Source: Octopus vulgaris (taxonomy: Eukaryota). Taken from it: DNA of 64,000 bases. The notes beneath the pieces were generated by a model, which saw only the letters and a program-made list of their open reading frames with translations, ran no database searches and had not been told where the DNA came from. Below, piece by piece: positions 55,951 to 64,000 of this stretch; the first letter of the stretch is position 1; every line of letters begins with the position of its first letter. Location of the stretch: positions 21,576,001 through 21,640,000 of the forward strand of contig OX597826.1 in assembly GCA_951406725.2 (NCBI GenBank), in the 5' to 3' direction. The position numbers were made by a program, and so were the translations under genes.

Positions 55951-56498
55951 TTCTAAGCTCAAGCCATTCTTAGGTTGGATTTTACCATTCATGTTTTTTT
56001 CAAGGTTGATAAAAGTAAAGACTAGGATCAACTTAAACACTTGAAGGTATTGCTCCAGCATGGGCACAGGCCAGTGACCAAAACCAGTAAAAGAATAAAC
56101 CAATATAATTCTTTACAAAATTGTGCTTAAAGTTGAAAAATTGAACTTTTTTTTTTCAATTATTTTTTTGTAATTTGAAGAAATTCTAGAAACTGTTGAA
56201 AATTTTGGTTTGGTCAGTATGGCCAACATGGCCACAGTGAAATTGTATGACACTTGCCGGTGGCACACGGTGTCCCATTAAACTGGAGATTCAACAATTG
56301 TTCTTCTATTCAAACAGTGGAACATGCTGTCCCATTCTTTGGTGTTTCATATTCTTGATATTCTCTGCAGACAGTGCAACATGTTGACCAACAATTTAGT
56401 TTGTGGATCATCTTGTCCTTGCTTCAGAAATTGTGTTTACGTAAAATTAAGTGGATGATAACATAGAAATTCTTTTGATGGTCAGATGACATTTGAAA

Positions 56499-56499
56499 G

Positions 56500-56533
<34 letters not shown>

Positions 56534-56636
56534 GGTGGTGGTGGTGGTGGTGGTGGTGGTGGTGGTGGTGGTGGCGGTGGTGGCGGCGGCGGCTGTTGTT
56601 GTTACTGCTGCTCTCCTCCTCCTCCTCCTTCTTCTT
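56499..56636. repeat. Compound trinucleotide microsatellite (GTT/GGT/GGC/CCT)
   Basis: Directly visible. Confidence 0.9.
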
Positions 56637-56957
56637 AATATTGATAAAACTGACATATCTAATTTCCATTTACTGTAGATTGCTCAGCCCCACTTGATAA
56701 AGTTTACAGCTGTGATGTCTTATCATTGCTTTGAGAAGTGTGACATCTGTTTTAAGCTGGGACATGTCTTAATGTCTAAGACTGTCTTAACTCTGCTACA
56801 TTAGAATTAGACTATTGCAGATTCTTTTCCATTTACTTGTTAACTGCTTCATAAATGCATTTCTCACTCACCACAACTACCTGTCAACACCACCACCGCC
56901 ACTATCATCACTGCCACCATATATATATACACATACACACATATACATATATATATG

Positions 56958-58282
56958 GAGTTGAGAATAAACCATTGTACTTGACATTCGTTAACTTACA
57001 GAAAGCCTTTGACAGAGTATCCCACAGTATGATATGGTGGGCTCTGAGGAAGTTAGGGGAAGATGAATGGCTTGTGAAAGCTGTACAAGCCAAGTACAGA
57101 GGTTCTGTTAGTAAGGTGAGAGTTAACCATGAGTATTGTGATGAATCTAGTGTACAGGTAGGCATTCATCAGGGTTTGATTCTCAGTCCCCTCATATTCA
57201 TCAGTGTCCTCTCGGCCATAACAGAGGAATTCAAGACTGGCTGCCCCTGGGAACTACTGTATGCTGGTGATCTTGCTCTTATAGCAGATTCTGTAACAGA
57301 ACTAGAAAAGAAATTCCAGGTGTGGAAACAAAACCTGGAGTCAAAGGGCCTTAAGGTTAACTTTTAACAAAGACTAAGGTTATAATAAGCTAGAAAACAG
57401 ACAGGACCCTTCCCACATCAGGTAAATGGCCCTGCTCGATATGTAGAAAAGGTGTAGGCAGGAATTCTATATGGTTTACCCAGTGTAAGCTATCGACACA
57501 CAAGGGGTATAATGGAATAATAGGGAGGTTATCAGAGAAGATAGTGTTTGTGGGTGGAAGACGCATGGGAGCCATAAACACTAGAGATACTTGGGAAATC
57601 CATTTTGTCAAATGCTCCAGAGGCTCTTTAGAGGTTGTGGATAATTTCTGTTATCTAGGGGACCAAATTAGTATTGGGGAAAAATGTACAGAAAGTGTAA
57701 TAAGAATAAGAATGGAAAAAATTCAGAGAGCTTTTACTTCTATTGGCAACCAAAGGCCTCTCTCTCTCTCTCTCTCATTGAAAGAAAGATTGTATGATGC
57801 ACATATATGAACGGCAATGCTGCATGGTAGTGAGACGTGGGCCCAGATTGCAGAAGACATGCAAAAGCTGGAGAGGAATGAAACTGGTATGCTCTGCTGG
57901 ATGTGCAATGCCAGTGTACACATGCGACAGAGTTCAAGTGTATTGAGAGAGAAGGTGGGCATAAGGGGAATTAGATGCAGGGTGCAAGAGAGGAGACTGT
58001 GCTGGTTTGGTCATGTGATACAGATGGATGAAGACAGATGCATACAGAAGGGCCAGTAACTTAAAGTGGATGGAACTCAAGGAAGCAGGAAACCCAGGAA
58101 GACATGAGATGAAGTATTGAAGGCCGATCTCAAGGCACTGAGCCTTATGTAGATGATAAAGGACTGAAATATTTGGTGCTTTGCTCTACTCAAGAAGAAC
58201 TGTCCACCACAACAAGTGGATACTGGTGTTGGTACCACATAAAAAGCCAGCATGGAAAACAGACATTAAATGATGATGATAG
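56958..58282 (+). mobile_element. Second, more diverged RTE-clade LINE fragment
   Basis: NLQKAFDRV, HQGLILSPL, YAGDLAL, LHGSETW and RRLCWFGHV; collinear with 54290-55950; (GAT)n tail. Confidence 0.85.
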
Positions 58283-58289
58283 ATGTTAT

Positions 58290-58800
58290 TGATAACACCT
58301 AAAAGAAGGTTCTTTGACCTGGAGGAACTGATATCACCAGACAGCATCCAAAAACCATCAGGTGTTTCAACCCTGAACCATAACACTTTCCCATTAGCAA
58401 CCACACGGGTTCACCTGTTGTCTGTGAACTTTGTGACATATCCATCCCCGCAAAAGTTGAGCTTTCAGTATTCTGCGATGTCATCAATCACTCTGCCCCA
58501 TTCTCAAATTATCTCGTTTTGGATATATGCTTTCGCAATGATATCCCTAATATGGATAATTTAATGGTTCCTTGCATCACATTCAATTGATGTTCTTCCC
58601 TTTTTGTAGCATCCCATGTCTTGCATTTCAAAGCACAGCCAAGACAATGCAAACGGACGGTGTGGAACACATGGCTTTCATCCAGCTCCGTCTTGAGCAC
58701 ATCATGCTAATATTCTCTTCAAAATTTCAGCATCCATATATCAGAACATATTCACTGTGTATCCCAAGTAGACCTATTCCTTTACCTCCTTGATTTCATG
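58290..58800 (-). mobile_element. Old RTE-like LINE remnant
   Basis: Degenerate minus-strand similarity to an RTE C-terminus (ILGISLR.HI; CKTW). Confidence 0.4.
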
Positions 58801-58840
58801 GCTTTCCTCCTCTATTTCCACCCTGTGCTATCTCTTCAAA

Positions 58841-58879
<39 letters not shown>

Positions 58880-60344
58880 GGAGGAATTCTGCATGATGTC
58901 CCCAGTGCAAGCCTTGTCACATTCTGCATGAGGCTGAATCTCCCTTAGAACTACATTATGGTATGCAGTACTCAGCCACTTGCACATTAATTTTATGAGC
59001 AGACTGTTCTGTTGATCAGATAACAGGAACTTCATCATAAGCAACAGAATGCCATTTTTTAAAAAGAGTGAAAGAAAAGGAAATGTTCCATATCGTAAGG
59101 CAAAAATGTCTTGTGTTTAGTATAAGCAGTGAAAACTAAGACTTCGCCCTTGACTCACGCTCAGTTTTTATAATAACAGCCTGTGCATCAGTGTTTATCC
59201 AGGGGCTTGGCCTCCAGATCTGTGACACCTAAAAACATTTTCCTGCCCCTATATAAGAATTTTTTTCATTTTCTTCCAACCACTTGAAGGTTTATCTTGC
59301 TCCAGTCCACTCAGCTGGCCAAAATGAAAGGGGCCAGTCTTGTCATATTCCTGAGAACTACGTTAATGGTATGCATGACTGTGAAGTACTCAGCCACTTG
59401 TAAGTTAATTTTATCCTCATGTGGTAATGAAAAGTGAAAATGCTGTAGTTATTTGTCTTTGATTTAACAATGTCTCTGTGTCTACACATCAACTTTTCTT
59501 TCGGCCTATGTATCTACTGTCTCTCCACTTTCTCTTACACTTCCTCTGTGTCCCTCTTCTCTCCCACTTCTTTTAATTTAGCAATGTGTGTATGTATCTA
59601 TGTATCAAATTTTCTTTCGCTCTATATATTTATTTTTCTTGCAATCTGATAAACATTTAAAAACACAAAACGAATACCGTCACCACTCACTGTCTCTTCC
59701 ACTCTGTCACTCTCTCTACTCCTTCTCTCTCGCTTTGCCACTCACTTCTTCCTTTGAAATAAATGTGACACATACCACAGGTATGTACAAACACAAAACA
59801 AAGCATATTGATACTATTGATAAATACTAGGCAGTGGCTTTCATGGCTCCTGATCTTAACTGATTGGAAGTACATGTTTTGGCTTAGTATAAAAAAGATG
59901 AGCTACAGCAAATATTCTGCTCAATACCACTTGTCAGTTGTTGACCATAACCAGTTGAGCATGTCCCTTGGTGGCTGATGATATGTGCATCTCTGATCAT
60001 AAGCAGAAGTAATAGGGGAGCATAATAGCCATGTGTTGAGAGGAGTTTTTTTTTTTTTGAGTTTGGATAATTCACCTTTGGAAACATGGGTGTTTCATTC
60101 AACAGCCCTTAGTGAAGGACCTTTTGATTGGGATAGGCAACTCAGCCTGAAGAAATGCCTAACTGGACTTCTCCTGCAAGGTCATGCACTGTTTGCTCTT
60201 TATATAAGGTCACTATGTTGCACGCATGGTTGTAATGCATATGCTTAGTGCACCCTTATCAGACGGGTGCTCATGAGGGCTCCATATATTTGTACCCCAG
60301 ACGAAATTTGATGGTGTGTGCTGCTCTCCCACTCAATAATAATT

Positions 60345-60560
60345 TCCACTATGACCGCAAGAGCTATAACTTTGATGGAAGGGGTTAGGCTATTACATCA
60401 ACCCCAGTGCACCACTGGTACCTATTTCATTGACCCCGAAAAGATGAAAAGCAAAGTCAACCTCAGCAGAATTTGAACTCAGAACATAAAGACAAACAAA
60501 ATGTTGATAAGCATTTCGCCTAGTACGCTAGCAATTTGGCCAGCCTGCCACTTTGGAGGT
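60345..60560 (-). mobile_element. tRNA-derived SINE, 34679 family
   Basis: GACCCCGAAAAGATGAAAAGCAAAGTCAACCTCAGCAGAATTTGAACTCAGAAC is the reverse complement of the family core and B box. Confidence 0.7.
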
Positions 60561-62379
60561 GTAAAATATTAATGTTCCATGTTGCATCACTTTGTCGTTT
60601 GTTTTGTAGCTACTAAATCACTATTTAGTAGTAAAGTGATATATTTCTCTATATATTTCTATTTTTGTTGTAGGAAAAAAGATATGGGGATTATGGTAAG
60701 GTATTTGCATGTCTGACAGTTTAAGAGATGTGTATAGCGCCATTCCTCCTTCGTCAGAAACATTTGTCACCTCTAAATGCCACATTTTTTCATGTGACCT
60801 TAAAAACGTATGCGTATTAAAGCTTCCCAATAAGAATGACTATCAGAAGACTGTTTAAAAGCATTGCTTGTCAGCTGAACAGAGATAAAAAAAAAACGTA
60901 TTTATGAGTCTGGTGAAAAGAGGATTGTAAAAGATTCAGCTAAAGGAGGCAAAAGTTGTTAAGATAAAAATGGGGCAAGGACACAATACAAGCAGAAAAA
61001 TTATTGCCATGCTTTCAGCGAAAACACCAGCCCTCCCCTACACACACACACACACACAACCTCGTCCTCCACTACTAAAGAATAGGAATTTGTTTCTACA
61101 TGACAATTATATAAAATTATTGAAGGTGTACGAGTGTCTTATCTCACATTGATACTTTCCTAATTTGGTCTGTCAACTACCCTAACCAATAAAAATAATG
61201 GACATGTTTTTATTATAAAGACAGAGTTATCAACTTAATAAACCCTAGTTCAGAAAGTGCCAACACGTAAAAGCCATGCTACGCGCTAGAATTCCTGCTA
61301 AAGTTTGGAATCGTAAAACCTCTCACATTAGGAACGGACTTTTTATTTATAGCAAACATACCGGATTGGACAGCAGAAGGTAAGTGAACGAAAGGTTTAC
61401 GGTTTTGAAAATTATTTACAATTTTATATTCTCGATAATTTGGCGGTTGCAAGCCGGAGTTCCGAGATTATTTTAGTCACACCTGCAACTTGAGTCCTTT
61501 TAATAGTAGGGGCTTCAATTGTTTGACCCAGAATGTATTCTGTCCCTGCAGTCCAGTGTCAAAGATGTTCCAGCCAACCCCATCTTGTCTTTTGAGTATA
61601 TTTACGGCTACATTTTCCAATATATCCTGCTTTTATTTTGTTTTTGTTCGTTTGTTATTTTTTTAAGACGGCGGAGCGGCGTAATTTTCCAGAAGAATTG
61701 ACTGTTATTTCGAGCAGGTCCAGCTGTATATTGTAAATGGCTATAGGGGCCGAGTACTGTCCCTCCACATGGATAAACAAATACAATTTTACTTAATTGG
61801 TTCCATTAATTCCATCCTCGTTTGACTTATGAAGAAAATCTTCATTAATTAATTAGTTTTCTCTTCGCATAAACTCCTTTCTATCAGTAAAGAGTTGGTT
61901 TTGAGTGTGTAGGAAGTGAGTTACATAACAAATATTGAGACCTGCTCTTATTCATCATGTTGACTGTTAAAGCATATTGTAATTTTATTTGTGGAGATTT
62001 CTAAGGCATAATAATGTTGAGGTGTTAATTATAATGAAATGTTAACTTCGTCGTTCCGAAAGTGTTTGCCGATGTTGACAACTTGTCTTGCCCTGTTCTG
62101 TTGAAGGGGAAAACTCGCACTTTATTTAAATAGCAAAAATAATAAGTTAAAGTAATTCGACGATGCACAATTACAATAAAAGTTCGGGTGGGGACAACGT
62201 AACAGCATCATCGTACTTTGGGGGCAAACAATTTACTTCTTAAAGTAAAATGTGATGAGGTGGGTACACTGCCCAACCCCTATCGACCTTGTTTCCTCAT
62301 AACTTTCAGAAAAATGAATATTTTGTTAATTAAATTTTCTACAAATAGGTGCTGAGGGGACTGTGCTAAAAGGATTATT

Positions 62380-62575
62380 TCCCTACCATATGATTCTGGG
62401 TTCAGTCCCAGTAGAAGGCACCTCGAGCAAGTGTCTTTCTACTATAATCCTGAGCCGACCAAAGCCTTATCAGTGAATTCGTAATCATAATCTACGGCCT
62501 CTGAAAAGTATTTATCCTTTCTTTACTTGTTTCAGACATTAGACTGCGGCTATACTGCAGCACCGCCTTGAAGAA
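62380..62575 (+). mobile_element. Partial SINE, 41721 family
   Basis: GGGTTCAGTCCCA...CAAGTGTCTTTCTACTATA...CCGACCAAAGCCTT. Confidence 0.55.
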
Positions 62576-64000
62576 CTCATTGTGATATGTAGTTTATACA
62601 ATTATAACACTGTACATATTTGAGGCATTATCTCTTAGCCACCTCCACCATACATCTCTCTCTCTCCTCAACCACCTCACCTACTCTTTTTCTTCTCCTC
62701 CTCCCTTTCTCGGCAAGAATTCCTCCCCACCCCAAAAAACCCTTAAATTTTTTTTTTACACCCCCCCCCTTCTCGGCTGCGGGGAATATGAATCTGCAAA
62801 AGAATTGGCAAAAATCAACATTTCTAAATTACCCCCACCCCTCCCACCCCATTTCCTTCAGTTTTTACTTTTTACAGATCTTTTTTTTATTCAAAATATG
62901 CGGAAAAATACGGAGATTATGATTCGGACAAAAATTTCAAAACATTTCTGTAGTTACAGTTACGGTTTTAGGGTTAGGGATTTAGGGTTAGTGTTGGGGA
63001 AAAAAGTCAAAATTGAAGAAGTTGGGGGGAACTGTGGGGGTAATTTTCCCAATGCCTATTTTTAGCAATTTTCCGGAACCTACGTATCCGAAAACGGAGA
63101 TTTTTGGCAAAAAAATTACAAAAATAAACAAATTTGGGAGAAAATGGTGGGGGGACGGACGGAAGTCTTTCCCCTTTCTCTCCTCATCCACTCACCTACC
63201 CTTATTTCCTCTCCTCCCTCTCTCCCTTCATCCACCTCACCTAACCTTGACCCCCTCTTTTCTATTCTCCCATCATTACTATTCTGCTGCTCTCCCCTCT
63301 TTTTTGTTTTTCTGTTGTAAGTCATCATCAACACCCCACCGCACCTCCAGCTCGTTGCTCATCCTCCACCCTTGAATCTTACCCGACTTTGTGGTCACCT
63401 ACCCTCCTTTCTCCTCACCCATTCCCCTTCTCTCCCTCCTCCATACACTCTTGCCACCTCCACTCACCTACACTACTTGTCCCTCTGTCCCCACTCCTCC
63501 TCCTCATCTCATACCTTAAAGATTCACCTTCATGACACCTATTTTTATTTCTTCCCAGCTTCACCCTGATCACTCTGCCCTCTCTTCTTAGCATAAAGCC
63601 ACATCCTTCAGAGTATGTAGGGGATCTCATTAGTGCCAATGCCATGAAAAAAAGGCATCCAGTCCATGTTGCAAAGTGATTGGCATCCAGCCATAGAAAC
63701 CATACTGAAACGGACAGCGAAGCACAATGCAGTCCTTGGTCCTCTCAGATCCTATCGATTTGGCCAACCCATACCAGCATGGAGCTTGGACATTAAATAA
63801 GGATGATTACATAATTTGTGGAAGTATTTTTATTCATTTCTTCTGAAAACAGATTTCTGCTTCCATAAAATTTTTATTTTTAAAATTACAAAAACAACAA
63901 GCTTGTCTATGAAGTCTCTGTCCGTTTATTTGTATTCCTTGTACTTAGTTTTGTTGTCTTCAAGGTTGTATTCTTTATTAAATTATAACTGAATCACCAA

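Noticed and set aside
56424-56697. Poly-His, poly-Thr, poly-Val and poly-Trp ORFs
   Set aside because: Compound trinucleotide microsatellite with no splice or homology support.

Overview
AT-rich, microsatellite- and retroelement-rich animal genomic DNA. The SINE, RTE and Penelope repertoire suggests an octopus or other coleoid cephalopod (inference). Two spliced + strand genes can be reconstructed by hand. (1) The 3' half of a TRPC/Drosophila-TRP-like cation channel gene. Its pore helix, selectivity filter and S6 are encoded by three tandem paralogous 196-nt exons (3762-3957, 5282-5477, 5536-5731), and exactly one must be used to keep frame, so this looks like a mutually exclusive exon cassette that swaps the channel pore. 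Candidate control features are a 58-nt intron and a long-range RNA duplex over a branch point. TRP-box and coiled-coil exons follow, with a probable alternative C-terminus. (2) A complete 9-exon FAM47-family gene (35848-52904, about 465 aa) with an RFX X-box just upstream. Non-coding space holds a Penelope-like element with inverted pLTRs and hammerhead ribozymes, five long palindromes or inverted repeats, CR1/L2-type, RTE and R4/Dong-type LINE fragments, a Chapaev3-like transposon, MITEs and tRNA-derived SINEs. Most ORFs in the supplied track are microsatellite artefacts.
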